A stretch of DNA of 64,000 nucleotides, taken from Chrysomallon squamiferum (taxonomy: Eukaryota > Animalia > Mollusca). The stretch spans positions 7,254,001 through 7,318,000 of the forward strand of contig CM022678.1 in the NCBI GenBank assembly GCA_012295275.1, written 5' to 3'. This document shows, piece by piece, positions 47,216-63,714 of the stretch. Within the stretch, counting starts at the first letter, position 1. Each line of letters begins with the position of its first letter. Made by a program: the position numbers and the translations under genes. The notes under the pieces are model-generated. The model was given only the letters and a program-made list of their open reading frames with translations. It did not search any database and was not told the origin of the DNA.

Positions 47216-47711
47216 CTTCACTTTACACGTCATCATTAAGATTCAGAAAGTTCATTTAGAAATGACACACATAGATACATAAATACACAAACGGACACAC
47301 ACACACACATATATATATACACACATATATATATATATACACACACACAAGACTCGACAGCGACATCTGACGGGGTTGGTGATGTCATAACTGGACTTTG
47401 TCCTCCTGCGCCAGTGCGTAGATAAAACAGAGAATATTCAAATCCTAAAATACATACATACATACATAAACATACATGCATACACACATATATCCATAAA
47501 TACAAATATGCACATAAAATATACACATATACAAACACACACACACACACACACATATATAAAATAAATACAAACTTGTATACAAAACTTACATACCCAC
47601 ATACATACATATATATATCTATATATATATATATATACACACACACACAATATATATATATATAAACATATACATATACACACGTAGATACATAGATATG
47701 TACATAAATAC

Positions 47712-47787
<76 letters not shown>

Positions 47788-48289
47788 ATAAGCACAAACA
47801 TATACATACAATACTTATTTATGTAATTAAGAAACAATTTTTTGTATTTCATTTTCATATTTGTATAGTTGTATGTGTTAGTTGTAAAATGGCAGTTATT
47901 ATATCACTCAGAATATTATCAAGTTACATTCGAATTTATAATGAGGAAATATAAATAAAACATATTTTTACCTTAGTCAGTCTTCGGAGGGTAAATGCTA
48001 CTCATATTTATGGAACAGTATTTTAAAGTAAATCCTACTTTAACTGTAGCAGCGAGATTAATAATCTTACAGTGACTAAACTTACGTCATACTATTGTTG
48101 ACGTCACGTCCTATTGTTGACGTAAATCGATTATGTACGAAAATGGTTCGACCTATTTCCGGAGGTCGGATCATTTCGGTTGTTTCCGCTAGTTAAATGA
48201 CAAGTGTTAATGTTTGAAAAGTTGTTTGTAAATTTAGCTTATACATCTTAATGATGTTGTGGAACGTAAAGAAATAGTTGTATAAATAT

Positions 48290-48611
<322 letters not shown>

Positions 48612-49263
48612 AAAGAAGGGAAAAAAAAACCCAAAACAATACAAACAAAAATAACAAACAAAACTGACTTTTTGCGTTTACATTATTTTATTGTATTTTA
48701 TTTACTTACTTACTTATCTACCTACTTACTTACTTATTTATTTATTAAATTCTTTGTGTCTTTTTGTTTATACTTGAGTGTTTATAGTTACTGATGACAA
48801 ACTTAAAGAAAATACTCTACGTTTAAATTTGACGAATTTGTTTGAGAAGTGTTTGAAAATTATACACTTACTTCATAAACTGCACATCCTACCAGAAACT
48901 GTCCACAAAGATTAAAATGTGATAAACGTAACTGCAATTCAATAAACCGTAAATTCTGGCTCTTTCTTTTTTAAAGAACGAAAAAGGTCAAGGACGAAGT
49001 TGAGAAGCCTCTTGACAATCTTCACCATTTGGTCTAATTAAATAAGTAAATAACGAAAAAAAAAAAAAAAAAAAATAATTTAAAGAACTTTAAATAATTG
49101 TTTTTCGTTTCGTTTTCTTTTTTTCTTTTTTTTTTATTTTTTATTTTTTTTTTGTCTTCTTATTTTTTTTCTTCCTTTCCTTTCTTTTTTTTTTTTCCGT
49201 TTTACTTTTCAAAAATGCTTTAACTAATTTAGACTGAAAGATTACCCTCAAACGGTGCTTAAT

Positions 49264-49294
<31 letters not shown>

Positions 49295-49755
49295 ACTTAA
49301 TGCTAAATCTTAACAGTTCTTTCGTGAAATGAATAGAAAGAGAACTTTATTACCAAAAAGAGATAAATTTAGTTAATAAACGCGAAGCTAATTTCCTTTC
49401 GTTCATTTTCAAAATTTAATGGTTTTTTAGTTACTTTGCGCAACTCTAACGTTCATTTGTCTCAGAAGAAACATATTCTTCGTAGATTTGAGCATTAGCT
49501 TTACTAATAGTAGTTGTAGTGGTTGTTGTAGTATAATAGTGGCATTAGTGGTAGTAGTAGTAGTAGTAGCGGTTATATCAGTAGTATTAGTGTCAGTTTC
49601 TGTAGCATTATTATCATTAGATGTGGTGATAATGGTAGTAATAGTACTGGTTGCTGCTGCCATTTTTCATTCTCTTACTGCTATTTTAATACTGATTTAA
49701 CTTAAAATTCCCTTTTCTATATTTAATTTAAATTACATTCTTTTACACAATCATT

Positions 49756-49850
<95 letters not shown>

Positions 49851-50051
49851 ATACAGATCGCATTCATCGTTATCACGGGCGTTTAGAAATTCATTTCTTA
49901 AAGATTAGCCTGGAACGACGTGTTCACATCGTCAACCAATCAATCAAGCAACATCGTCTTCTTCTCTTTTAACGATTTCATCTCATCCCGCATTTTTACC
50001 GGACACAACATCCAGAAATAATTAAAACATAACGACGATAACTCCGGCTTT

Positions 50052-50195
<144 letters not shown>

Positions 50196-51099
50196 CGCAT
50201 TCATCATTCATATCGATATAACTCACTTCAGAAAAAAAAAAAAAAAAATACGATTTGTAATCAGTATAAAAATTAAGGCACCGTAGGCCTTCCGTAGTTT
50301 TCTATTTCCTCAAACGCGTGTTCGGCATAAATCGGTTTATTTTCGTTAACGTTTTTTGAACGAAACGAGTAAAACTGACACACAGTTATGTGAATTGCTT
50401 GCCATTCGACGAGGATTTTGGATTCAGCATCGATATTTATAAATATATAGATATATAGATTTCTTTCTTTTTTTTTTTTTTTTTTTTTTTTTCTATTCTT
50501 ATTATTATATTTTTTAAAAATATTTTGTTATTTATTTTGTTTCATTTAATTTAATTTTATTGTTTTTATTATTACCAAGGATGAGGGCAGTTATGGTCGT
50601 ATATATCAATTTACGTCAGATACCGAAATTAAAAGGATTTGGCTCTTGCTAACAGCAGCTTATAAATCACCCACGTGATAAAAAGAGATGCAGTTTTGAG
50701 ACTCTGAAGTGGAAGGGGGGGGGGTCTTTAGTTTTATCGATTCATCATCATCACCATCGTCGTCGTCATCGTTATTTCCTCCATCATTAAACCCATCATT
50801 AAATATGTCTTCTTGTGTTGCTACTGCTACTGCTGTGTTGATGTTATTAATATGCTGCCACAGCAACAACTGCAACATTTTACACCACCACGACTACTGT
50901 ATTATAGCTACTGCAGTTACTGCTACCACTACACTGTTACTACTTCAACCACTACAACAACCACTGTATTACTACTACTAAATAACACTGTTACTGCTAT
51001 TGTTGCTGTGACTACAACAACTACTACTTCTACTACTAGTGCTACTACTACTACTTGTGCTACTACTACTATTACTACTACACCTATTAGCACAATTAT

Positions 51100-51790
51100 A
51101 TTACATTTTAGAATTACTACTGCTGCTACTACTGCTACTACTATTTCTACAATTACTACTAGTACTATTATTAATACAGCTACCACTATTACTACTACTA
51201 TTACTACTACAACTAGTATTACTACTACTACTATTATTACTACTACTATTATTATTACTACTACTATTACTACTACTACTACTATTACCATTACTACTAC
51301 TACCACTACTACTACTATTACCATTACTACTACTACCACTATTACTACTACTACTATTACCATTACTACCACTATTACTACTATTACCATTACTACTACT
51401 ACCACTATTACTACTACTACTATTACCATTACTACTACTTCTACTATTACTACTACTACCATTACTACTACTACCACTACTACTACTACTACTACTATTA
51501 CCATTACTACTACTACCACTACTACTACTATTACCATTACTACTACTACCACTATTACTACTACTACTATTACCATTACTACTACTACTACTATTACCAT
51601 TACTACTACTTCTACTACTACTACTACTACCATTACTACTACTACCACTACTACTACTACTACTACTATTACCATTACTACTACTACCACTACTACTACT
51701 ATTACCATTACCACTACTACCACTACTACTACTACTACCACTATCACTACTAAATATTACTATTACTACTCATACTACTGCTACTAAAGA
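51100..51790 (+). repeat. Compound (ACT/ATT/ACC)n trinucleotide array; its first ~125 bp is duplicated at ~52105-52222
   Basis: Stop-free Thr/Ile, Leu/Pro and Val reading frames arise from the repeat. CATTTTAGAATTACTACT...ATTATTAATACAGCTACCACTATTAC occurs twice. Confidence 0.85.
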
Positions 51791-51994
51791 CACCACTATA
51801 TTACAACAACTACAATTACTACTACTGCTGCTACTACTACTATCAGCACTATCATAGTTCTGCCACTGCACTTACAAAACCACTACTACCGCTACTACTA
51901 CTTCAACTACGACTACACGTACAATCTTACACAAGTATTATTACACAATAATAAAATAAAAAATAAAAAGTTGCTTCTACAACTATTAACTCTA

Positions 51995-52085
<91 letters not shown>

Positions 52086-52221
52086 ACTCTCTCTCTCTCA
52101 CAGTTATATTTCATTTTAGAATTACTACTACTGCTACTACTGTTACTACTATTACTACTAGTACCATTATTAATACAGCTACCACTATTACCACTACTAT
52201 TACTACTAAAACTAGTATTAC

Positions 52222-52280
<59 letters not shown>

Positions 52281-54122
52281 GTCTGTCTCTCTCTCTCTCT
52301 TTTCAGTTAAGTCATACGAAGAAGACAATAAACAGAGCGGTAAATCAGATCTTTCCTTGATCTGTCAACATCTGGTTTCAGTTTTTTTATTCACAAAAAA
52401 GAAAAGAGAAGAAATAAAAGAAATAATTAGAATAACGCAGAAGCAGCGGAAAAAAGAAAAAGAAAATATTTAAAGAAAACTGATGAGATTTTTCCGTGCA
52501 ACTTTCTTTTTATTATTATTATTTTTTTGTTATTTTTTTTTCAATCGTAAATAAAGAAGAGACCTATATATACGTTATTACTGCAGACACTTTGTAAGCT
52601 ATAATTCACAACTGTTTTATATCAAAACAACTTAAAACAGCAGCAATAACATTCTTCGACGACGATACATTATATGTTCCTGAAGTATTTCACCTTGCTT
52701 GTTGAAAGATGTAATTACTTTGAACTGTTTCGGGGAAATCAGTTCTAAAATCAGCATATGTCCCATGTGGATTTTGAAACTGCGGTGTGAGATCCGCTGA
52801 CATTCTGATTGGCTGAAAATTGCTGAAATGAATTCCCATTGGTGGAAATGTTACCTTGCACCAGACTCCGCTGACCGAAGCAGTGAACTCGATCTTGTTT
52901 GTTTTTCTCTTGCACTGTTTTTTTTTTTCTCTTCTTCTTCTTCTGGAAAAACACATAAACCAATCAATCCAATCATTTAGCCAGAATTCTTGTCATTAAT
53001 CATTATTAAATCAGCTGTGGTCTAATAAATTTGATTTTGAAAAAAAACAAAAAAAACGCACTGAGACAATCTGCTCTTATTAAGTTACTTGAAAAGTATT
53101 TATCTACACCGATATTCCTTATTTTCAGTACGGAAAATGTTAAAGGCGACTAAATTTAATTTAAAGCAGGTGAACAAACCAAACCACCACAGCTTATTAA
53201 ATTATTTCACATTTATTTTATCAGATTCTTTTGATATCAAAATGTGCAGATGCGTTTCTAAACTCAACTTATTTAATTTTTTTCAACCGCTGAAATAAAA
53301 ACTGAAAACGAAAGTTGCTTAAGGAAACTAATTTCATCATAAAGTCAAAGAAAACAAGAATTGTGTTATGCAGTGTGACTCTCTATAAATGGCTGATTAT
53401 ATTGCATTATAAACACCATACAAAAATAAAAATCCACGCAGATGCAGTGATTTACGTTTTTTCGATTAGCGGTAAAAAAAAGTTATGTGTGCACCTTCCC
53501 AATGGCATCAGATAACGCATTTAACAACAAAGAAACGTATGCATTTTTATTTTTATTTTGAAGCATGACGTCGTCTTGTTTTAAATTAAATAAAAAACAG
53601 AACTAATAATATCTTTAATGCTATTTCTTTTAAGAACATTTGCATTCATTAGTATCAATAAATATGAAATTATTGTTTAATTATTTATTTCACCTTAAGT
53701 CTTATAGTATGGGCATTTATTTTAATTATGGAACGTATACATGGATTATGAATTTCAGAATCTGGGTATAATTTGCAATCATAAATGTCTTAGTTTTATA
53801 TATATATAGTTAAATTCGCCTGTTATTTCAGTAAAATGGAGTTTACAATTTCGGTTGTTTTTGTTTTTCTCTTTCGAGCCATATGTTTGTCAGACTCTGT
53901 TAACATCACAATGTGTTAAGATAAAACTTCTAACTTGCTCTTTCGTTAATACTGCAGTTAATGTCATTAAACCAAAACAAACTACGAGTTTTATCTCATA
54001 GCAAAAATACAAAACGTAAAATAAAATTATATAGCAAATAAATAAATAAATATATATTTATACACAGGTATAAAGACAGATAGGTATGTAGATAGGCAGG
54101 TAGATAGATATATTATTAAACA

Positions 54123-54293
<171 letters not shown>

Positions 54294-54805
54294 TCCTTGG
54301 GTATTCTTCTTCTTTCTGTGCTTTTAATAATTTAATTCCTTTCTTTCGTCCTTTTTTTTTTTTTCACCGCAAGATTTATGAATATTTCCCAAACAATAAA
54401 TAAAACTTAAAAAGAACTGCTTTTGCGAACAACCTTGTGAGAAAAAAAAAAAAGCGTTGACAGCATAAATAAAATTCCAGCAGCGACATCACCTGTAAAA
54501 AACCCTCGATTGACTTTCCAACATGTTTTGTCTGCAAGCAGTAAACACAGAATCAGGTAATGGATTTATTTAATAAATAATTTTTTTTTTTTTTTTTTTT
54601 TTTTTTGTTCGGCTATTGGCATGCGGTGCAGTGTTTGAAGGAAGTGGACACATTCTCGTTGTCAGCCAATTAATATGAGAATGTTATTCATTATCTCCCC
54701 TTCCAGGTCCTGTCAATCAAAATGGCGTCCGACATGCGGCGGAGAAGCATTGCTAAGGATTCCGACGTTGTTGAAAAACCTAGGTCACGTTCACGATGTT
54801 ACGTT

Positions 54806-54820
54806 AGCGCCCTCTACCGG
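54806..54820 (-). promoter_or_regulatory. CTCF-like motif within a CpG-rich element
   Basis: Reverse complement CCGGTAGAGGGCGCT vs the CTCF core CCASYAGRKGGCRSY; YY1-type CAAAATGGCG at 54718-54727 nearby. Confidence 0.4.
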
Positions 54821-55099
54821 GCTGTTCGAGTAATTACGGGTCTTCGCTGACCGTTTGTTGAACCCGTTACAGAATTACTGGGGAAAAAAAAAAATTGTTG
54901 TTTATGAAGATTGAGATTGTTGATAATGTGAGACGTCACTTTTCATTGGTTAATCCGGACAGGAGTTTCGTCACGAAGTCGTATAAAGTCGACACTGATT
55001 GGTTGATGCGATTATAATTATGTTGACATTTTCATTTCCTCTTTCGTTCCGTGAGTAAAGTGTTAAATCAGATTTTGCGAATGACCTTGTGTGTTTCTC

Positions 55100-55184
<85 letters not shown>

Positions 55185-55645
55185 TCGTAACAAATGAAAT
55201 AAAACTGAATAAAATAAACAAGCAAGAAACGAAATGCACCGAGACTTCTACGTTGACCAATCAACATCAACGTTCTACAGCTTCGTGTCAAATTACTCTC
55301 AGTTTAAGCCAATGGAAAGTGACATTTCATTTTATACGTAATTGCGGTGAAGACCACAGCAATGAAAGCTAAAATTCACTGCTGCAAGTTACAAGCTAAC
55401 TCCTCGTTTTTCCTTAACACCAAGTCATGTATTTTATTCAGAATTCCTCGTAGATAGGAAAATGCCGCGGAAAATAATCTAATGTATAGAATAATGGATA
55501 GATAGATAGTCAGTAAACAAAAATAATGAATAAACACTTGACAGAAAGAAAGACGGATGGATGACGTATCGGTAGATGAAAAATAGATAGATAATGTATA
55601 GACCGACAGATAGATAAATTGACTGATAATGATAGCGAGACAGGT

Positions 55646-55684
<39 letters not shown>

Positions 55685-56087
55685 TAGATTGATATACAGA
55701 TTAGATAGATAGATGAACAAACATATAGATGTAATTAGAGGTAGATAGAAATAGATAGATAGACAGACAGACAGATAGGTATACAGACAGATAAACAAAC
55801 ATGTATAGATATAATGAGAAATAGATATATAGATATAGATAGATAGACACACAGAAGACAGATAAATATAGATAAATTGATGGAGGGATAAAAAAAAAAA
55901 AAAAAAAATCGAGCCAGTGAAAGAGATAAAAAAAAAAGAGATACTGAAACAAGAACGAGAAACAGAAAGCCTGACAGATGGAGACAGAAATAGAGACATA
56001 GAGACAGACAGACAGACAGACAGACAGACTGTTACGGACCTATACTAAACTAGCTGCGAGAGAGAACAGAAGAGAGAGATATAACTC

Positions 56088-56296
56088 ATCAATTTCGGAA
56101 GCAAACATCGATGTTAAATCACACCACACATTGAAAAGGCGAGATTTCGCTTCATTATTCGTAATCCCTACTCTAACCACAGATCCCTCGTGGCCAGTAT
56201 TATCCCTCTACATCACAGAGTCTTATTCCAGAGTAATTTACAGCATTTAAATAAAAAAAAGTATTAAAACTAATCTTTTCGTTGTTATTGCTAACA
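56088..56296 (-). repeat. ~207-bp complex repeat, copy B (inverted relative to 24630-24836)
   Basis: ATCAATTTCGGAAGCAAACATCGATG...CCCTACTCTAACCACAGATCCCTCGTGGCC...TTGTTATTGCTAACA. Confidence 0.95.
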
Positions 56297-56329
56297 TTAA
56301 AAAGTTATTGAAAACAATAAATAAATTAA

Positions 56330-56384
<55 letters not shown>

Positions 56385-56892
56385 GTAAATAAATAAATAA
56401 GTAAGTAAGTAAGTAAGTAAGTAAATAAATAAGTAAATAAATTATAAAAATAATTTAAAAAAAAAAAACGAAGAAAAGAAAAAGAAACGTCATTCTCTGC
56501 TGAAAACACTTCATTCTTCAACTATCATTTTAAAGCACGTACTTTTGGATATTTATTTATTTATTTTTTTTTTTAAATTTTCGTCTGTTTCAAACCAAAT
56601 GCAGATAACATGACGTTACTGGGTCATTAAACTTCTTGCAGAATAAATAAATAAAATACAAAAAGATTGTATCGTGAGTATATTCATTTACTACAGAGCA
56701 CGCACTATTATTACCTTACATACATACAGTTTATATAACACAGATAAGAAATAAGGACTTTAACTTGATGATATTGTGATGCTATAGGCTTAGTAAAGAT
56801 GACATACAAAGGCCTGGACAAATACATATTCCTGTAGGTCTTTTTAAAATAAGAAGACAAGGCGTCAGAATAAAAAAATATTCTCTTTCCAA

Positions 56893-57059
56893 TGGAGTTA
56901 TTAGGTATAATTATTATGGCTTATTTTTAGTGAACTAGGAGAACTTCGGCTAAGAGCTGTTTTTTCGAGGTCTTTGTTTTAATAAAAAAATATCGCAAAG
57001 TATTTTTTAGTATTCAAATACATTCTGATTTGATGACTATTGCATATAGCTCTTAAAGA

Positions 57060-57094
<35 letters not shown>

Positions 57095-57095
57095 C
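56893..57095 (+). mobile_element. Short dispersed element with (ATT)n tail, copy 3
   Basis: GGAGTTATTAGGTATAATTATT...TTCGGCTAAGAGCT...AAAGTATTTTTTAGTATTCAAATACATTC...ATAGCTCT..AGAG(TTA)n. Confidence 0.6.
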
Positions 57096-58621
57096 ATCAT
57101 GATCTTCTTCATCTTCTTCATCTTCTTCTTCTTCTTCTTCTTTTTATTATTATTATCATCATCATCATCTTCTTCTTATTATTATTATTATTGTTATTAG
57201 AAGTAGTACTGTTAGTACAATTATTTTGTCGTAGTATTGAGTTCAGATTTGCTTTTCTTTTCTGGAATATCACAGTTATCTGTGACGTCACACATTTAAA
57301 CTGCGTGAACTTCAAGACAGATAAAGAGTAAGATGGAAGGAAGCTATCCCGTGTTTAAAGAGGATTTTCTGTTTGTGAACGTCGCTGTTAATACTCTTGT
57401 TACACGGAAATAATTTTACATTCTGTTAAAACATATTAGCGATGTTAGTAAGTAGAAGAATTCACCGCCATATTCTCACATTAAGATAATTAGATAATTA
57501 ATTTATCATACTATCTGCATATTCTAGAACAAAAAAAAAAATAAAATAAAAGTTAAAATTAAAATTTAAAAAAATAATAAAAAAGAAGGTAAAAAAATGA
57601 AAAAAAGAAGAAGATAAAGAAAAGAAAAGAAACCAAAAAAACTAAAAAAAAAAAAAAAAAAAAAAACAAACAGAAGAAGAAGTAAAAAAAAAAAAAAATA
57701 ATAAATTAAAAAACGTTCTTAATTTTATAGGTTTTCGCTAACACAAACCTTAGAGACGCTAAACTTAATTAACATCTGAAGAAAATTTCATCTGCTTCCT
57801 TTTATTTTATTATTATTATTATATATTTTCCTTTTTATCTTCTAAATTCTTTGTTTTTGTCTTCTTCTTTTCTTTTTCATTCTTTCTTTTTTTTTCTCGT
57901 TTTTAAGACAAATTTTTAACTTATTAAATTTCTACACAGCCTCCATCAATGTGACCTATCAGAACCTTCCCTTTTTTTTTTTCTTCTTCTTCTTTTTTTT
58001 TTTCTTCTTCCTGAAGCCAACTAAAATGATTTCTGTTCTTTCTGCCTTCGTTAAAACATCCCCTTGAGCAAAAAAACAGCAAAAGGTTTCTAATTAGACG
58101 CCCCTAGTTTAACTGGCCATTACTTAGGTTGGTTTTAATAAGCAAGAAACAAAACCTAAAAAAAAAAAAAAAAATGTGTTCGCATCTTTTCAAACTCGTA
58201 GACAGAGGGAGCTGACTGTTGCCTTTCCGGTGCTACTAAAATGTGTGCGGTCATGCGCTCTTGTCCATCACTGGTTCTCCCGCCCGTGCGTAATTCAATG
58301 AACCAGTCAATTACTTCCGGAAGCGAAAACAAAACCAGACACTGGAGCTAAAGAGCGGCTCGACAGAAAACAAAACGAAACAGAAGCAGCTTTTCAGTTA
58401 GTCTCGTGAAAACATCTGTGTGAATGTTGTACACACACGATTAACGAACAGTTCCATGCCTCGCTCTTATAGTTCTGTCTCTCGGTCCAAAATTTGCATT
58501 CTAAAAAGAATCTATACTATGTTTGTCTGTCTGTCTGTTCTTGTATCTGTCTTTCTATCTATCCATCTGTCTACCTGTCTATCAGTCTATCAGTCAATCA
58601 ATCAATATATCAATATATCTA

Positions 58622-58693
<72 letters not shown>

Positions 58694-59287
58694 ACTGTCT
58701 ATCTATCAGACAATCAATAAATCAATCAATCTATCTATTCATCTCTCTTCTATCTATATGTCTATCAATCTATCAATCAGTCAATCATCAAGCTATCTAT
58801 CTATCTATCTATCTATCTATCAATCTATCTATCAATCTCTCTATCTACCTATCATTCTATCTATCTATCTCTCTATCTATCTATCTGTCTATCTCTCTAT
58901 CTATCTATCTGTCTATCTATCTATATATCTGTCTATCTATCTATTTGCCTGTATGGCTGTCTGTCAATCTATCTCTCTATCTATTTATCTCTGCCCGGCT
59001 GTCTTTATGTTTATACACACACAATGCAAATCGATTCGTCGTCAACCAGTGTGAACCATTTTCTAACATGTATTGATAAATAAATTTAGTTAGAAAACGC
59101 TGGATATGAGCCACAAAAGGAGAAAAGGAAAAGACCAATTTTTTATGTACGGACGCACTAAGTAAACTTTTAATCTACAAATATGCTGGGTTTTTTATGT
59201 ACGCAGATAAAAAATACACGAAACCCGCTGATATCAGAAGATGTAGTATTGGGACACACGTATGCAGAGACTGAGAGAATGACAGAC

Positions 59288-59380
<93 letters not shown>

Positions 59381-59809
59381 ACGATTGACAAGGGGAACTA
59401 ATTAAACTCCATGCATATTTTCAGCACCTAGCTTTCTCAAAAGCTTATATAAAAAAGGAGGGTCAAATAAAAATAAAAAACCCAAAAATAATTTAAAAAA
59501 AACGGGTTGCTATTTACGAGATTGCTGACGTCAGTTTGATGAAGTTCCACATATATCCGAGCCGAGATTTTTGCTTTCACAGTTAACATTGCAATTTCTC
59601 AAATTCCAATTAGTAAATTGCTCGGACGTGTACACTTAGCTCTGCTGGATAAACCTATCAACAGAGAACGTAGCGCAGTCGTTCACTTTGTTTGTTTTAT
59701 TGTTTGTTTCCAAGTCTTTCAACTGCCAGACTGAAATTTTATATTCCTTCTTTGATGTCTGCGAATATCTGTCACGCTGATTTTTTTCTCCTGTCTCTGT
59801 CTTTCTGAA

Positions 59810-59856
<47 letters not shown>

Positions 59857-59947
59857 CTCTCTCTCTCTCTCTATTTATCTATCTGTATGTCAGTCTGTTT
59901 GTCTGATAGCCTATGTATGTATGTATGTATATAGGTATGTATGTATG

Positions 59948-59978
<31 letters not shown>

Positions 59979-61000
59979 ATATGTATATACGTATGTATCT
60001 ATATATCTACTTATCTATATGTCTGCCTGTCTGTCTGTCTATCTTTCTAATCTGTCTGTTTCTCTATGTATATTCATCCATCTATCTATCTATCTCTGAA
60101 TGTCTCTTTATCTCGAGATGTGCCATATAAAATGAATTACAACAACAACAACGACAATAACAACAACAATATTGATACAGAGAGATACAGAAGCAGAGAG
60201 AGAGAGAGAGAGATCAAAACTGAGAACGAAACAGACAGACAGACAGAGAGAGAGAGAGATGTAAATAAATTATTACTAAAAAGTTTAAAGTCGCCTGATT
60301 TTCATGCATACTATGAATTAATGTGAACTTCGACAGAAACGATACGAAAGCCAGACACAAGTAATGAGAATCTTTCCGTCTATTCTCCAGCGAGCCAATG
60401 AACATCTTAATAAGAGGAATATGATGCATATTCGTTACTTTATTCTATAATACGTCCCCCCGAGAACGCGCTCAGCGTACTTAACCTTGCTTATGTCTTT
60501 CGCTCATGCATACAATGTGGAATCGTTTTCTTTAGAGAAGAGTACGCACATGAATATCGCAGAGTGCTTATTGATGCTTTCTGCAGTTACGATTGCATAA
60601 TGGAAATATTAAGTTAACTTTATTATCTTTATTCATTCATTAATGTTGTTTTTATTTCATTATTTATATGCTATGTATTAGCGGCATATTTGTTTTTTTT
60701 TTTTTTTTGTTTTTTTTGGGGGGCCTAGGTTTTCGTTTCTGTTTAATTATTCATTTGTTTGTTGTTTTTGTTTTTTTTGTTGGGGATTTTTGAATAATAA
60801 TAACTGAAGATATTTTGTATGAGAGGTTCTTGGATCAGTTGTTTCTGCTTTTGCAACAGCAACAGCGACAACAAATTCAATACTGATACTGCTACTTCAA
60901 AAAAACCCATATACCACCACCACTACTACATATGTTATTACTACTACTTCTGCAGGTTCTGATGTCACTGCTACTGCTAATACTAACAATAACAATAACA

Positions 61001-61121
<121 letters not shown>

Positions 61122-61601
61122 AGTTGTAGAAGCAATTTATATAAATAAAAGGTTATGCTAGTGCTTTCTTATTTTATTGGTCTTGACTATTTATGTTTTT
61201 TCTCCCTTTCTTGTTCTATATTACTCTAATTTAACAAGCTATTTTTAGAAATTTTAAGCATTAAAAATACACACCAGCTTACGTTAAGTAAAATGAGCTT
61301 TTCATATGTATTATTATTTCTATTTTACATTTGGCATCGCTCGACTCAGTTTTTTTTTGTTTTTTTTTTCGTTTTTTTATTTTCGTTTTTTCTTTTCTTT
61401 TTAACCTGTAGCCATTTTGTGTAACAAATTACACCATCAGAAAACTGAAGAAAACGATTTTCTATTTTCTTCCACGCTACTTTTTTTCTCATCCATCCCT
61501 TACTTTATATTCGGCTACAAAGACGAGAAAAGAAAAAAAAGGACTAATTTTAGAAACAGTCTGATTTTTTTTTTTTTAGGTCCGCCTCTTCTTGCGTCTA
61601 A

Positions 61602-61635
<34 letters not shown>

Positions 61636-62075
61636 TCGGGAGACTTGTGTATTTTTGTTATTTTGTTTCTGTGACCAGAGGCAGGATCTTTCGTGTTAAT
61701 AATCACCTTGCTTTTTTTTTTTTTTTTTTTTGAGTCTTCTTCGTTTTTGTCGAAGACGTCTTTGGGCAGACTGAGTCTTTGGGCAGAAGGACAGACGGAG
61801 TGTCGGTGATAGCCCTTCGACACAGCAACCATCACGTCCCGGAAGGCACGAAAATTTCAAATTACGTGTTTGTTATTTCGGTGTAATTTCCTCCCGACTC
61901 TAAAGCGGCTTCGCAGTTTCGCCTGCAGCAGGAATATGCGTTTGAGTTTTGATTACTTTTTCTTTTTTTTTCTCATTTTTCTTCTTTTGTAATAGTGTTC
62001 TGTTTTTTTATATGAACTTTAGTTATGTCTTCTGTTGTTTTTTTTAATTGTTAAAAAAAAGGAAAGAGAAGAAGT

Positions 62076-62187
<112 letters not shown>

Positions 62188-63605
62188 AACTCTAAAGTAA
62201 TCACTTATAATATATAATGAGATTTGTTTTTCCCCTTGGCGTTAAATTTGCAATTTCTTCTGATTGTTATCTTTCTTCTTCTTCTTCTTTTTTTATCAAG
62301 AAGAAAAAAATATAGTGAAAGGGAAAAAGAGTTTTATTCAGAATTTAATTTATAGAGGACGATAAAAGTAAATTTTTTTTTTTTTAATGCTTTATAGATG
62401 TTACAGTGGTTGCGATTATATATTCTCATGCTAATTTTTATTAAAAAAAAAAAAAAAAAAACAACAAACAAAAAAAAAAAAAAAAACAACCGAAAAGTCA
62501 GAGAAGAATGAATTGAAAGGAGGAAAAAAGTAAAAACAAAATAAACTCTTTATATGTGTCAGAATTTATGAATCTTCAAAATGCTAGCAGGTTTTTTTAA
62601 TTATTTATTTTATTTTATTTTATTTTATTTTATTTTATTTTATTTTATTTTATTTTATTTTATTTTATTTTATTTTATTTTATTTTATTATTTATTTATT
62701 TATTTATTATTTAATTTCTTTCATTTTTTGTTGTTTTATATTACGTTTCTAAATTATTTTATTTTATTTTATTAAATTATTATTTTATTAAATTTATTTA
62801 TTTATTTTATGTATTTATTTATTTCATTATCATTACACATATTTCGTTTGTTTGTTTGTTCTCAACTGCACACATTTAACCGTCTCTCGAGCAATGTTTG
62901 ATGAGCAGCTTTCTGCACACATTCCACGGATAACGTTGTTTTTATTGTTGTTTTTTTGTATTTTCTTGAATAACGTTTCGCGTGTTCCTCTCAAATAAAG
63001 CAGGCGCGATTTCTTTTCTCTTTTTTTTTCCACGTCTTTATAACCGTTCCTAAAATTGGAACGGTAATTTATAAGCTCCGTTACTATGTGACGAACGCCT
63101 TTTTTATGATTTGTTCGAGGCAGGTGGCGCTATAATTCAATCACGGTTATCTGCCCTCAAAAATGTTCACACCAATTTTCTTCAGATCTGCGCGTTATCT
63201 CCCCTTTTCGTCGACTGGTATTCTGCCTTCCGCGGACCATCAAAGGTGCCGCGGTGTGGGCATCCGTTACAGTTCAATAGGAAAATAAAACTGATTCGTC
63301 TAATCTTTAAATGATTGACTGAATCTTAACAGGAATATAATCACAACTGTTGAAACCTTATCGTAAAGTCTGGCTCGTTTTATAAGGTCTCAACCAACAG
63401 AAGATTTTTTTTTTTTCCCGAGACAATATTGTTTTTTCTTTAGTGTTCCTCGGTAAAATATACGAGGAAGATTCAGCGATCGTTACGTCACGTAAAAAAA
63501 AAAAAAACTTTCGGAATTCCAATTACTGTTGAGATTTCTTTATGGTTTTTTGTTTCGTTATATTTTCATTATTTCTTTCTTTATTTCTTTCTTTTTTATT
63601 ATTAC

Positions 63606-63642
<37 letters not shown>

Positions 63643-63658
63643 TTTGTTATCGTTATTA

Positions 63659-63714
<56 letters not shown>

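Noticed and set aside
50813-51787. 324-aa Thr-rich mucin-like ORF (also 30271-30771)
   Set aside because: A trinucleotide microsatellite open in several frames and on both strands, with a non-ATG start, no signal peptide and no credible splice sites.
61515-61835. 106-aa minus-strand ORF MMVAVSKGYHRH...
   Set aside because: Runs through poly-A/T tracts, has no recognisable domain and no clear splice signals.
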